Source of the DNA: a virus
Taxonomy: Duplodnaviria > Caudoviricetes
Length of the DNA stretch: 64,000 nt
IMG/VR virus record: IMGVR_UViG_3300020440_000009
Location: 24,567 to 88,566 of that record
Direction: 5' to 3' (one strand)
Shown: piece after piece, positions 19,318 to 29,093 of the stretch
How positions within the stretch are numbered: position 1 is the first letter of the stretch
How the letters are laid out: every line of letters starts with the position of its first letter
Position numbers and translations under genes: made by a program
The notes under the pieces: generated by a model
Database searches by the model: none
The model's input: only the letters and a program-made list of their open reading frames with translations
What the model was told of the DNA's origin: nothing

Positions 19318-19887
19318 CTATCTAATATCGTTAAATCTTCCTTCAGTCTCTTCTAGTTCAAAATATTGGAATGTTAATTCTACATCGAATGTAGAAATGT
19401 CTGCTGATTCATTTGATAAATCAATAGTACCAACACTACTAGGAGTGCAACCAACAAGTTTATATATCTCTGCAACTGTTTTCATATCATCTTTAAAGAA
19501 GATCATTCTTATATTGCTCGTTGTGTTTATCTTTTTATCACCTTCCATAATAGAACCATCTGTCAAAGCTGGATTTGAAACTGTAGACATCCATTTTAAC
19601 ATTGCTCTATGATATTCACCGTCTGAATCATTCTTGATTGTAATTGTTGTTGTCTGATCCATTCCTAATCTTGTAGGAAGTTTAAAAGGATATCCATGAT
19701 AAAATACATCTGTAAACTCCTGCTGTCTTGCAGGAAGTGAGGCTGTGCTTGCCCACATTGTTAGGTTTTGTAAAGATTCATCAACTTCGGCTATACCTGT
19801 CGTAATAATGAGTTGGAATTGATTTTGCTTTCTAATTCCTCGCTCTTTGAGTTCATTCATAAAATTTGTTAATGTCTTCGGTTCCAT
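19318..19887 (-). CDS. Tail tube protein gp19-like
   Basis: RKQNQF, ASLPARQ, YHGYPFKLP, FDVELTFQYF match T4 gp19. Confidence 0.85.
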   Translation of the reverse strand: MEPKTLTNFMNELKERGIRKQNQFQLIITTGIAEVDESLQNLTMWASTASLPARQQEFTDVFYHGYPFKLPTRLGMDQTTTITIKNDSDGEYHRAMLKWMSTVSNPALTDGSIMEGDKKINTTSNIRMIFFKDDMKTVAEIYKLVGCTPSSVGTIDLSNESADISTFDVELTFQYFELEETEGRFNDIR

Positions 19888-19898
19888 ATCTCTCTCCG

Positions 19899-20090
19899 TT
19901 ATTCGGTGACTTTATCTTCAAAGTAAGAACACCAGTCAGATTCCGGTCTTTTTATGACAGGGTAAACAGATGTTATACATTTTCTACCCTCCCTGTCTGT
20001 GGTATTTATAGGAATAGGTGGATTTAACCTACAAAAATTATTGTCTTCCTCGAAAAAATCACAGTCAATACAAGCTCTTTTGGTATTCAT
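19899..20090 (-). CDS. Small Cys-rich protein
   Basis: CxxC...CRLNPP...WC pattern, 63 aa. Confidence 0.6.
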   Translation of the reverse strand: MNTKRACIDCDFFEEDNNFCRLNPPIPINTTDREGRKCITSVYPVIKRPESDWCSYFEDKVTE

Positions 20091-20091
20091 A

Positions 20092-20841
20092 CTAAATCTT
20101 CAATCCTTCTTTTCTTAATCTTTGTCCTACACTCGTTACGATTTCAGAAAAGTTATCTTTAACAATGTTTTTATCAACATTTTTAGGTAGCTTCTTACTA
20201 GACTTCATGTCTTTCATTAAACTCATAAGGTCTTTTTTATTTTTTATCTTTTTACTTCTGACCATATCAACAACATAATCAACTACCATATCTTTTTCGA
20301 TTTCAATATCTTTAAACTTACCTTCTACTATTTCTTCTACAACATGTACACACCTGTCTTTTTCGTATATAGCAAATCTTTCTTTTATCTTCTCTTTAGA
20401 TACTTTAAATTTTTGTTCAAAAGGTGTTCCACATAAAGGACAATTAGTTGGATATTTACCAGCAAATGAAGGCATGTGAAAATTACAGCTAGAACACACT
20501 TTCTTAATTACTACATTACCTTTAATGAGATCGGGTTTTCTGAATGCGTTTGCGATACCCTGTGTTATCATAAACCTTTTCTCATTTATTCTAGCGTTAC
20601 CCTCTTCATCGTATACAATAATGTCATCAGAATCTTCTGTTACTTCTTCAGAACGACTTTCCATTTGTATATCGCTTTTAGTGACCGATTTAACTTCGTT
20701 AATTTTAGCCGATCTTTCCTCTGACTTTGAAAATACTTCAACATCTTCGACCACATCTTCTATACCTAACATCTTTTCATAAGCTTCTGATATTCCATCA
20801 TTAATTTTAAAGCTCATTTCTTTTGTTTCTGTGACTTTCAT
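20092..20841 (-). CDS. Hypothetical E/K-rich protein with zinc ribbon
   Basis: CSSC...CPLC; late-type GTAAATA upstream. Confidence 0.65.
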   Translation of the reverse strand: MKVTETKEMSFKINDGISEAYEKMLGIEDVVEDVEVFSKSEERSAKINEVKSVTKSDIQMESRSEEVTEDSDDIIVYDEEGNARINEKRFMITQGIANAFRKPDLIKGNVVIKKVCSSCNFHMPSFAGKYPTNCPLCGTPFEQKFKVSKEKIKERFAIYEKDRCVHVVEEIVEGKFKDIEIEKDMVVDYVVDMVRSKKIKNKKDLMSLMKDMKSSKKLPKNVDKNIVKDNFSEIVTSVGQRLRKEGLKI

Positions 20842-20918
20842 AACTTTGTGACTCCTTAGCGTATCTATATTTACTTATTTAAGAGTAAAAAACCTTTTTA
20901 TATGGTGTATAATACCAC

Positions 20919-21833
20919 ATGAATAATCAAATCAAACAATTCGGTGACTTGAATATCTTCATAGATGCATCATATGTAATGTATTATACTGTTCATGGTG
21001 CTTTTTCTATGTGGAAGAATGAATATACTTCCAGATTTAATGAGAGGTGTCCAGAGAAGGTAGTATTCGATGCTCCTGACATCACAAATGATGACAAATA
21101 CTTATACTGCCTTCAGAAAAAGATGGAAAACAATCTAGACTCTATATTCAACATCATCAAAAACAAAATGTTTGATGGTTTTCATCCTCCCGGTTTAAGA
21201 CCTAAAGTTTACTTCTGTCTCGATGATGTATCTCGAAACTATTGGAGAAAGCAGAATATCTTCAGAGAATATAAGGCTAACAGAAAGTCTATACCATCTT
21301 ATTTCAATGCCGGTAAAGCTTTCAGGTACCTATATGAGATAATACTACCACAACTTGAGTTAGAAGAGTTCTTTGGTATTAAAAGTATTCTCGTAGAATC
21401 AGCAGAAGCTGATGACATTATCATGACACTTGTTCGTAGAATGAAGCATAGTAATAATTGTATCATAGCTACAGACCATGATATGATACAGGTTCTAGAC
21501 AAAGCCAGAATGTTTGATCTACAAGGCAAAGAGATAAACATTGGTTACATCTCAAACAAATGTATTGGTAGTGAAGATATGACCAGTGAGACGTATCTCA
21601 AGACTAAACTTCTTGTAGGTGATAAGTCTGATAATATACCTCAAGTATTTGAAAGAGTTGGTTGGAAGAAAGCATGGAATTTGATGAGTGATGTAGATAC
21701 ACTTAAAGAGAAACTAAAAGACCAACAAGCTTTCGATAGATTACAACTTAATTCAAAGTTAATAGACTGTAAATACATACCTAGTGGTATTCAAAAAGAC
21801 ATTATAAAGTCTTATATAGAAACAAAATCATAA
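20919..21833 (+). CDS. rnh: RNase H / 5'-3' exonuclease (T4 rnh-like)
   Basis: FIDAS, YKANR, EADDII, TDHD, GDKSDNIP motifs of the FEN/5'-nuclease family. Confidence 0.92.
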   Translation: MNNQIKQFGDLNIFIDASYVMYYTVHGAFSMWKNEYTSRFNERCPEKVVFDAPDITNDDKYLYCLQKKMENNLDSIFNIIKNKMFDGFHPPGLRPKVYFCLDDVSRNYWRKQNIFREYKANRKSIPSYFNAGKAFRYLYEIILPQLELEEFFGIKSILVESAEADDIIMTLVRRMKHSNNCIIATDHDMIQVLDKARMFDLQGKEINIGYISNKCIGSEDMTSETYLKTKLLVGDKSDNIPQVFERVGWKKAWNLMSDVDTLKEKLKDQQAFDRLQLNSKLIDCKYIPSGIQKDIIKSYIETKS

Positions 21834-21847
21834 GGGTATAATCAATT

Positions 21848-22534
21848 ATGATGAAAGACACACCGAATGTGGTAATTTACAAATACTCAACTGTAGCATC
21901 TTATATGCTAGAGAGATTTATTGACGATCAATCCGAAAGTATAATCCGTGAAGGTGATAATATAATCTTTACAAGAAACTATGAGTCTAGATTCTTAGTA
22001 AAAGCATTTACAGACTATATCAATGACTTCTTTAACATTGAATGTGATTATCCATATGGTAAACAAAAGACTATTGTAGTTGGTACATGCTACTCACATC
22101 ATAATTGGAAATGTAAGTTTATCGATCAGATAGAAAACAACTCTGCAAGAAAATTTATTAAATCAAAAGTTCCAGTCAGATATGCATTTTCGGATAGAAA
22201 TTTTATGGCAGATGAATCACTTATAAACCAACTATTAGACACACTTGTCGGTAAACTAATGAGAGGTGACATAACAGTAACAACGCCTAATTTTTCCACC
22301 GTAAAGTTTGTATTCGTAAAAGATGTATCTGAGAATGATATAGCATCTGTTTTGAGAGGTTATCACAGTTATAAGAATTGCTATGTATATCCTAATTCAA
22401 AAAGTGAGTTACTGTTTGATATAAACAGAATGGTTTACAAAACAGTATCGAAGAAACATAGAATAACATCCGACCTAAAAGATAAAGTGCTTTATATGTA
22501 TGAACTTACTTGTTCTCCTGAAGAGAATGAATAA
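21848..22534 (+). CDS. Hypothetical protein
   Basis: 228 aa ORF in a co-oriented run. Confidence 0.65.
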   Translation: MMKDTPNVVIYKYSTVASYMLERFIDDQSESIIREGDNIIFTRNYESRFLVKAFTDYINDFFNIECDYPYGKQKTIVVGTCYSHHNWKCKFIDQIENNSARKFIKSKVPVRYAFSDRNFMADESLINQLLDTLVGKLMRGDITVTTPNFSTVKFVFVKDVSENDIASVLRGYHSYKNCYVYPNSKSELLFDINRMVYKTVSKKHRITSDLKDKVLYMYELTCSPEENE

Positions 22535-22544
22535 ATAAACTTGT

Positions 22545-22994
22545 ATGAGTAGAGAAAATTATACTGGTTGGAAATTGATGTCTAGTCGAAAGAAGTTCGA
22601 AGAAGCACCTGAAGAATATATTGGCTTTGTCTATGAAATACTTGATAAAGAAACTAATATGAGATACATAGGTAAAAAGAAGTTCTGGTCTAAAGTCACA
22701 AGACCACCTCTCAAAGGTCGAAAAAATAAAAGACACTCACTCAAAGAATCTGACTGGAAAGACTATTATGGGTCTAGCGATGAAGTGAAACAACTTGTGG
22801 AGAATACAGGTACTTGGAGATTTGAGAGATACATACTTCGTCTGTGTAAAACATCTGGTGAAATGTCTTACTATGAAATGAAAGCACAAGTTGAAAATGA
22901 TGTCTTACTCAAGCCAGATGAATATTACAATGCATTTGTTGGTGGTAAGATTCATAGAAGTCATCTAGGTCATTTAATTAAGAAGAAAAAGTAG
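22545..22994 (+). CDS. GIY-YIG family endonuclease
   Basis: YIGFVYEI...YIGKK...YYGSS...YYN. Confidence 0.8.
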   Translation: MSRENYTGWKLMSSRKKFEEAPEEYIGFVYEILDKETNMRYIGKKKFWSKVTRPPLKGRKNKRHSLKESDWKDYYGSSDEVKQLVENTGTWRFERYILRLCKTSGEMSYYEMKAQVENDVLLKPDEYYNAFVGGKIHRSHLGHLIKKKK

Positions 22995-23005
22995 TATAAT
23001 CCTTC

Positions 23006-23302
23006 ATGAGTGAAGAAAATAAAAGATCATTTTTTGATTGTATGAAGAATATTATTCAAGCAAAGAACAAGGATGTTTTAGAGTCAGACATATCCTCACC
23101 AACATTTGACACAATGTATTCGAAGTATATGGTTCAAAGATATATAAGCATGTATCCACCATATATGAAGTTTATAGATAAGCATCAAGTCGCCTTAGAA
23201 TCATTGTCTAATGAAATGCACTATAGATTTCTCTTCAAAGTAATACCTCAAAATAGAAATTTGTGGATTAAGTACATATCCAAAGGTAAGAAAAAGAAAT
23301 AG
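23006..23302 (+). CDS. Clamp loader small subunit gp62-like
   Basis: YSKYMVQRYISM...MHYRFLFKVIP...KYISK matches gp62. Confidence 0.8.
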   Translation: MSEENKRSFFDCMKNIIQAKNKDVLESDISSPTFDTMYSKYMVQRYISMYPPYMKFIDKHQVALESLSNEMHYRFLFKVIPQNRNLWIKYISKGKKKK

Positions 23303-24136
23303 TTATTTTTTTAAGTGTGCAAAGTTTTTATAATAAAGATTCGCCAAATTACCTCTACCTAAAAGTTCCTCAGGATTGTCAAAAATAATCTTAGAGTAAA
23401 CACCTCCGTAATGTATACAATAGGCTTCTTTTTTAAGAAACTCAGGTTTTAAAACATCAGCGATTGCATTCCATTTACAATCCAAGAATGAATATGATAT
23501 TCCTAAATTATGAACCATACCGTTTATTAAAGGCATATCTTCAGTTCCAAAGTTTTTATGAGGCCAAGCATTTGTTTGATCAATAGACTTTCTATTGTTT
23601 AGCATGTTAACCCAGTTTTCTCTAAAAAGCTTTCTACACTTTCTATTCGCTATCCAAACACCTGTATTCATATACTCATGAATCTTATGATAAAAATCAT
23701 AAATGTAGGCATGATCTTTGATAAAATCCATACTGTATCTAGTTTTTATAAAAATATTATTGTAATATTTAGCATAACCATTAGGTTCATTGACAGCATG
23801 AAAATCTTTTGACTTATCTATCTCGTTAAAGATATTAGGTATATCATCTGGAGACTTCATTACAATATCCGAGTCAATATACATTATCCATTCATATTCA
23901 TCAAATTTTTCTTCGCAAAGAGCCAGACACCATAAAAACTTCATAAAGACATCTTTATATACTTTACTTTCTGGTAAATCGGGTTTGTCTTCGAAGATAT
24001 AATCACAACCTATGCTCTTGGCATATTCACTAACAGTTTCTTTAGACTTTAGAACTAATCTTCCGTCGGAATATTTTCCGCCATTGTGACCATCATTCTT
24101 ACCTGTTTGTATAAAGCACTGATAAATTAAATTCAT
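23303..24136 (-). CDS. GT-A glycosyltransferase (GT34/GT8-like), paralogue A
   Basis: WIMYIDSD (DxD), MNTGV, WNA...IHYGG. Confidence 0.75.
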   Translation of the reverse strand: MNLIYQCFIQTGKNDGHNGGKYSDGRLVLKSKETVSEYAKSIGCDYIFEDKPDLPESKVYKDVFMKFLWCLALCEEKFDEYEWIMYIDSDIVMKSPDDIPNIFNEIDKSKDFHAVNEPNGYAKYYNNIFIKTRYSMDFIKDHAYIYDFYHKIHEYMNTGVWIANRKCRKLFRENWVNMLNNRKSIDQTNAWPHKNFGTEDMPLINGMVHNLGISYSFLDCKWNAIADVLKPEFLKKEAYCIHYGGVYSKIIFDNPEELLGRGNLANLYYKNFAHLKK

Positions 24137-24981
24137 ATTAAGTCCTTAAGATGTTCATAGAACATATGTGTTAAATGTGTTTTACCTAATAATTCTGGAT
24201 ATTTAAACATGATTTTCGCTCTTGGACCTGCGTAATGTAGAGCGTATGCCTCATTTTTAAGAAAATCAGGTCTCATAGATCCACATGTTGCGTTCCATTT
24301 ACAATGTAAAAATGAATATGATATTCCTAATTTATGAATCATACCGTTTATCAAAGGTTGATCGGTATAAGCTAAACCAGGTCTTGGATATCTAGATTTT
24401 GATTCATCTAATGTCTTTTTGTTTTTAAGTGTGTTAACCCAGTTTTCTCTAAAAAGCTTTCTACACTTTCTATTCGCTATCCAAACACCTGTGTGCATTT
24501 GATCATATAATTTATGATAGAAGTCATAAATGTAGGCACGATCTTTAATAGCTTCTAAACAAAGTCTAGTTGTTTGATAAGGGTCATTATAATAATCTTT
24601 CATGCCGATAGGCTCGTTAACCGCATGAAAATCTTTTGTTTTGTCTATCTCGTTAAATATATTTGGTAGTTTTTCAGGAGATTTCATCACTATGTCCGAG
24701 TCAATGTGTAAAATCCATTCATATTCATCAAATTTTTCCTCACACAAAGCCATGCACCAAAGATATTTCATAAAATTTTTATTAAATATTTTATCTTTTG
24801 GTAAATCAGGTTTATCTTGAAATATATAATCACAACCTATGTTTTCTGCATATTTTTTAACTGAGTTTTTAGAAGCCTCTAATAGTTTTTCATCGTCCGT
24901 ATTACCGAACCACCTGCTAACATCATCTTCTTTATATCCATTTTCTCCCGTTGTGACAAAACATTGATAAATTAAATTCAT
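24133..24981 (-). CDS. GT-A glycosyltransferase (GT34/GT8-like), paralogue B
   Basis: WILHIDSD, HTGV, DQPLIN, WNA...LHYAG; clear paralogue of 23303-24136. Confidence 0.75.
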   Translation of the reverse strand: MNLIYQCFVTTGENGYKEDDVSRWFGNTDDEKLLEASKNSVKKYAENIGCDYIFQDKPDLPKDKIFNKNFMKYLWCMALCEEKFDEYEWILHIDSDIVMKSPEKLPNIFNEIDKTKDFHAVNEPIGMKDYYNDPYQTTRLCLEAIKDRAYIYDFYHKLYDQMHTGVWIANRKCRKLFRENWVNTLKNKKTLDESKSRYPRPGLAYTDQPLINGMIHKLGISYSFLHCKWNATCGSMRPDFLKNEAYALHYAGPRAKIMFKYPELLGKTHLTHMFYEHLKDLI

Positions 24982-25893
24982 TTAGAATACTTCCTCTCCA
25001 ATAAAATCATTTAACATCTTATTAAATGGCTTATAATATTCCTGTATATATTCTACATGTTCATCTTTTATTTCAGAAGACGCATCATATAGTTTAGAAT
25101 TAAAATCGTGTGATTGAACTTTTAGGTTTTTATTTATTTCTATTTCATCTATATCTAAAAAATTAAATATAGAATTATAATATTTCTTTTTATCTTCAGG
25201 ACTACCTGATAAATCCGAGAATTTGTTTATTAGAACATTTCTATTAAAGTTTGATTTACCTATCATGGATAGTATATTTTTTATGTGAGTTATGTATTCA
25301 CCTTGATAAAAATAATTACCTCTCCCTTGTCTATAATTCTTTGTGTACCAACCTTGATTTTTATGCATTTCGACTATTTCATCTAGTTTATTAGGTTCTA
25401 AACCTAATCTTTGATTTGCTATGTAATCTATTTCGTTTTTGTGTTTGTTGTAAAAATCTTCACCATTTCTGTTTATAACATCTGCTATTGAATTTGGATT
25501 AGTAGACATTTCAAACACCATTCTAAAGTGTTTATAATGTGATAAAAATCTATCAACAGGCTCTCTTAAACATATCATCATTTTTATATTAGGAAAATCA
25601 GTTAACAATCTACTCATTTCCAAAGGACAATAAAAATATGAAGGTGTACATTCAAAATTCTTTATTTTGGGGTTAAGATTAGTTGACCATATTTCTTTAT
25701 ATGCATTTAGTGTTCTATCATGATAAAAAGAATCATAGTAATGATATTCTTTTCGTAAAGGTCTTTGAAAGCCTCCACCCCAACCATCACCTTCGAATAA
25801 TAAAGGGTGTTCTTTAATATTATTCCAAACAGTTGAAGAACCTGTTTTCATGGGACCTAACATTATAAAATCTGGACCTCTACCTACATACAC
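24982..25893 (-). CDS. PAPS-dependent sulfotransferase (Sulfotransfer_1-like)
   Basis: 5'-PSB loop GPMKTGSS, KE, ECTPSY, 3'-PB REPVDRFLSHY. Confidence 0.85.
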   Translation of the reverse strand: MYVGRGPDFIMLGPMKTGSSTVWNNIKEHPLLFEGDGWGGGFQRPLRKEYHYYDSFYHDRTLNAYKEIWSTNLNPKIKNFECTPSYFYCPLEMSRLLTDFPNIKMMICLREPVDRFLSHYKHFRMVFEMSTNPNSIADVINRNGEDFYNKHKNEIDYIANQRLGLEPNKLDEIVEMHKNQGWYTKNYRQGRGNYFYQGEYITHIKNILSMIGKSNFNRNVLINKFSDLSGSPEDKKKYYNSIFNFLDIDEIEINKNLKVQSHDFNSKLYDASSEIKDEHVEYIQEYYKPFNKMLNDFIGEEVF

Positions 25894-25897
25894 GTTT

Positions 25898-28204
25898 CTA
25901 TTCTCCTAAATCTTCAAAGTTATTATTTTTTAGTCTTAGCCATCTTTTATATTCATGATGATTTTCAAATCTGTCTACAGTTTCTTGTTTTATGAGACCC
26001 TCTGAAACATAATAGTCCCATCCTTTATTTGAACTAGTATTTGATCTTGGTTTACTTTTATATTTGTGTGAGAAATAAGTCTCTAGGAAATGTCCGAAGT
26101 TTTCATCGTTGAACTCTTTTACAAAATCTAATTGTATAATCCAATAAGGTATACTCCAAAGTATCAGATTTTCAGGTTTTAACATCTCATTTACAAAAGC
26201 ATCTATACTCATTTTTTTTATATCCATTTCAACTAACTTAAATGGATTTTTCTCTGACTCTTTCTCTACTGCGAAACACCAAAGAGAACATATCAAATCT
26301 TTAGGCTCACGAACAAATGTAAACAAGAACCAGCCATTCTTCTTATATTGCAAAATGGTATCTCTGTCCCAACTTATGTGATGATTGTGTACGAAAGCCA
26401 TACCTTTTTCTTGTTTATCAATATCAAGTAACTCTTCTTGAGTAAAGTCTCTCCATATCTCTGAATACCAAGTATTGTATATTTTGTGATTTTTCAATAT
26501 GTCCCAGAGATAGTCCATTGTATAAACACCTGCACATTTACCAAAATGTATAAAACCTATCTTTTTAGGAGTAGTTGATATTTCACTTATACCAAACTCA
26601 TCTTTTATGAAGTCTAATACAAAACTATTCTTACCTTCACATGATACTTTAAGTGTAGATACAAGTCTTTTTATGTCTTTTTGAACATTAGTGTCTTTGA
26701 AGTTTATTTCAGGGTCTGTATGAACATGATAACTTTTTATCTCACCTAATGTTTCTTCTAGATACTCTATATCTTCTGCAAAATAGTTTCTCCAAAACCC
26801 TATATTATGTGTTCTGTCAAATATATCTGTATCAAAAAAGTTAGGTATATTATTCATACACTCTTGTTCATAAAAAAGAGAATCGTGTAAGTAATTCTTT
26901 TCCCACCAGTCTGGAAAATCTTTTCTAGCACAAAACAGATAACCAGCGTTATATATACCTGAAACACTTTCATGTGAATTTTTATTTAATATGAAATGAT
27001 AGTGTGGTGATAAGACCACTTCATGACTATATGTTAAGTCTAATTCATGAACTAGTATAATATCAGCATCTAAGAAAAAAGTGGTATTATGTTCACTCAT
27101 CGCAAATCTCATAGCTGACATCTTTTTCAGAATAGGCATTTTTTGATGATATTGATTTAAATTTAGGTGTTTAGAACTCATCTCTTTAGATTTCTCTTCT
27201 ATTTGTTCTTCATCTAATTCTACGGAGAAATATAAATCTTTTATGTTGTACTTTTCTGCTCTTTTTTCTATATATTCTTTTGAAACAGTGTCACACACAA
27301 TGTAAATTGGTTGATAATGAAATTTTCTAATACTCCTTATAGATATGAAGGACTCTTTCATCATAGGTTCTGTTGTTACAGTTGAAAAACTTTGAAGATA
27401 GTGTTTTTTATCTGATTTCTTTTTATTTAAGACTAGATTTAAATGTCTATCTTTATCATCACAGTAAACGACAGTATGTGCAAAATCATGGTCTCCTGTT
27501 AAAAGTGCTTGTGACATAAGACGATTTAACTGTTCATCATCTCTATGTCTTAGTATCGTCTTGTTTTTCTTTCTTTTATTTAATACGAAATCATCATACT
27601 GACCTACAGAGTCATTGATGCTTATGAAAACTCTACAACATCTTACACCTAAAGGAGTGTTTTTTGTATTTTCAAGTAAAGTTCTATCAATACTAGATAA
27701 GAACTCACTTACACTCTCTACTTCATTGTCTAGTATGAATACAAAATTAATCCACTCACCTGATTGTAGAATAGGTGATATAAGACTTAAGTCTTCAAAT
27801 CGATTTATATTCATGACTAGATTTCTATTCTGTAAACCATCTCTGGTACTATATCCGTGATTCGCTCTAACACTTGTTATTTTTTTAAGACTTTTAAGAT
27901 TATACTCTTCTGGAAAATATTTCTTTTTTATGTCTTCGTCTTTTTCTAGAATTACAGAAACCTTGGTTTTGTCTATTTGTTTTATTGAGGAATCATCTGT
28001 GATACCCTGAAGACAGAATGAATTTGAAAAACTCTCATCAATCAGAAAGTAATTACCGCTATTTAGAAGAAACGATTCTTTTTTATTGTGATTAGCTCTT
28101 TTTACTTGATCAACAATTAGGTCTTCATAGAATTTGTAAACATTGTCTTCTACTTTCTTTAGATTATATGTTTCATCTTTGAAATGTAACTTAGGTACAG
28201 CCAT
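25898..28204 (-). CDS. Multidomain protein: unknown N-terminus + GT-A glycosyltransferase + C-terminal sulfotransferase (Sulfotransfer_2-like)
   Basis: FFLDAD, YNAG, YEQ, FDRTHNIGFWR; then FIHFGKCAG and FTFVREP. Confidence 0.7.
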   Translation of the reverse strand: MAVPKLHFKDETYNLKKVEDNVYKFYEDLIVDQVKRANHNKKESFLLNSGNYFLIDESFSNSFCLQGITDDSSIKQIDKTKVSVILEKDEDIKKKYFPEEYNLKSLKKITSVRANHGYSTRDGLQNRNLVMNINRFEDLSLISPILQSGEWINFVFILDNEVESVSEFLSSIDRTLLENTKNTPLGVRCCRVFISINDSVGQYDDFVLNKRKKNKTILRHRDDEQLNRLMSQALLTGDHDFAHTVVYCDDKDRHLNLVLNKKKSDKKHYLQSFSTVTTEPMMKESFISIRSIRKFHYQPIYIVCDTVSKEYIEKRAEKYNIKDLYFSVELDEEQIEEKSKEMSSKHLNLNQYHQKMPILKKMSAMRFAMSEHNTTFFLDADIILVHELDLTYSHEVVLSPHYHFILNKNSHESVSGIYNAGYLFCARKDFPDWWEKNYLHDSLFYEQECMNNIPNFFDTDIFDRTHNIGFWRNYFAEDIEYLEETLGEIKSYHVHTDPEINFKDTNVQKDIKRLVSTLKVSCEGKNSFVLDFIKDEFGISEISTTPKKIGFIHFGKCAGVYTMDYLWDILKNHKIYNTWYSEIWRDFTQEELLDIDKQEKGMAFVHNHHISWDRDTILQYKKNGWFLFTFVREPKDLICSLWCFAVEKESEKNPFKLVEMDIKKMSIDAFVNEMLKPENLILWSIPYWIIQLDFVKEFNDENFGHFLETYFSHKYKSKPRSNTSSNKGWDYYVSEGLIKQETVDRFENHHEYKRWLRLKNNNFEDLGE

Positions 28205-28232
28205 CCGTCTCTCCTTAACAATACAACTCTAT

Positions 28233-29093
28233 TTATCTATTATACATCGTATTGTGATAGCTTAAAACCTCTTTTCGTAGCTTTTTATTTGACGACCATT
28301 GAAGTAGACCTGTTTTTGAATCAGTTTGTAAGTCCAAATTTGGATTAAAATTAAATCTTTCTAATATTTTTTCTCTAAACTCATATTTTCGATTGTAATT
28401 ACCATGATAAAGATGTTCTATTTCTCTATTTTCTAAGTAACCAGAACTCTCAATGTGTTTCTGACATAGCTTATAATAATCAGTGTAAAGTTTTTTAAGC
28501 TGACTACAATTATTGAGAGTCCTCTTTGATATATTCTTTAAATTACCAGTAAAAGCACCTGCTAATAGACAGTCACCATTTCCTGTTATATGATAATCAA
28601 AAAGACCACCTATTTTATCAAGTACATCTCGTCTGATTGCCCAGCCGTATCCTGTCCAACCTTTTATCTCATCGACAAAGCAATTATTATGAACTTTATA
28701 TGTACAACCATCTTCGTCTAGTTGGCGAACAGTTTCAAATAGTTGTATTACGGAGTGTTTTTGTAATTTTTTTGAAATAGCCCAGTCTGTCATTGCATGA
28801 CTAAAGATAATGTCTGCATCCACCCAAGATATGTATTCAAATTCTTTTGGTATCTTTTTTATAGCAATATTTATAAGTCTTTCTTTCTGCCATATAACTG
28901 TGTTCTTATCAGCACGGAGTCTTATAAATCTTTCGGATTCTGGTATTCTAAATTGACTATCACCAAACGCTAGTTCAATCACAAACATATTATTATTCCA
29001 GGAATTTAAATTTCTGAATTTTTCAAAGTTCTTATTTTGATAAGAATCTTTTTTATATGTAAAGACCGGAACTATGAAGGCGGTTTTACTCAT
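28233..29093 (-). CDS. GT-A glycosyltransferase (GT2/GT7-like)
   Basis: WQKERLIN, WVDADI, GYGWA, GNGD, HLYHG. Confidence 0.7.
   Translation of the reverse strand: MSKTAFIVPVFTYKKDSYQNKNFEKFRNLNSWNNNMFVIELAFGDSQFRIPESERFIRLRADKNTVIWQKERLINIAIKKIPKEFEYISWVDADIIFSHAMTDWAISKKLQKHSVIQLFETVRQLDEDGCTYKVHNNCFVDEIKGWTGYGWAIRRDVLDKIGGLFDYHITGNGDCLLAGAFTGNLKNISKRTLNNCSQLKKLYTDYYKLCQKHIESSGYLENREIEHLYHGNYNRKYEFREKILERFNFNPNLDLQTDSKTGLLQWSSNKKLRKEVLSYHNTMYNR

Noticed and set aside
4496-19612. Short opposite-strand or nested ORFs (4496, 4855, 5567, 7373, 8041, 9211, 9625, 9727, 10048, 10514, 12548, 12580, 13123, 13837, 14616, 17187, 18684, 19397)
   Set aside because: Lie inside well-supported genes, lack SD or promoter, and have no recognisable motifs
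22545-22994. NAD synthetase or intron-encoded mobile element
   Set aside because: Motifs are GIY-YIG, and the gene is free-standing with no flanking intron structure evident
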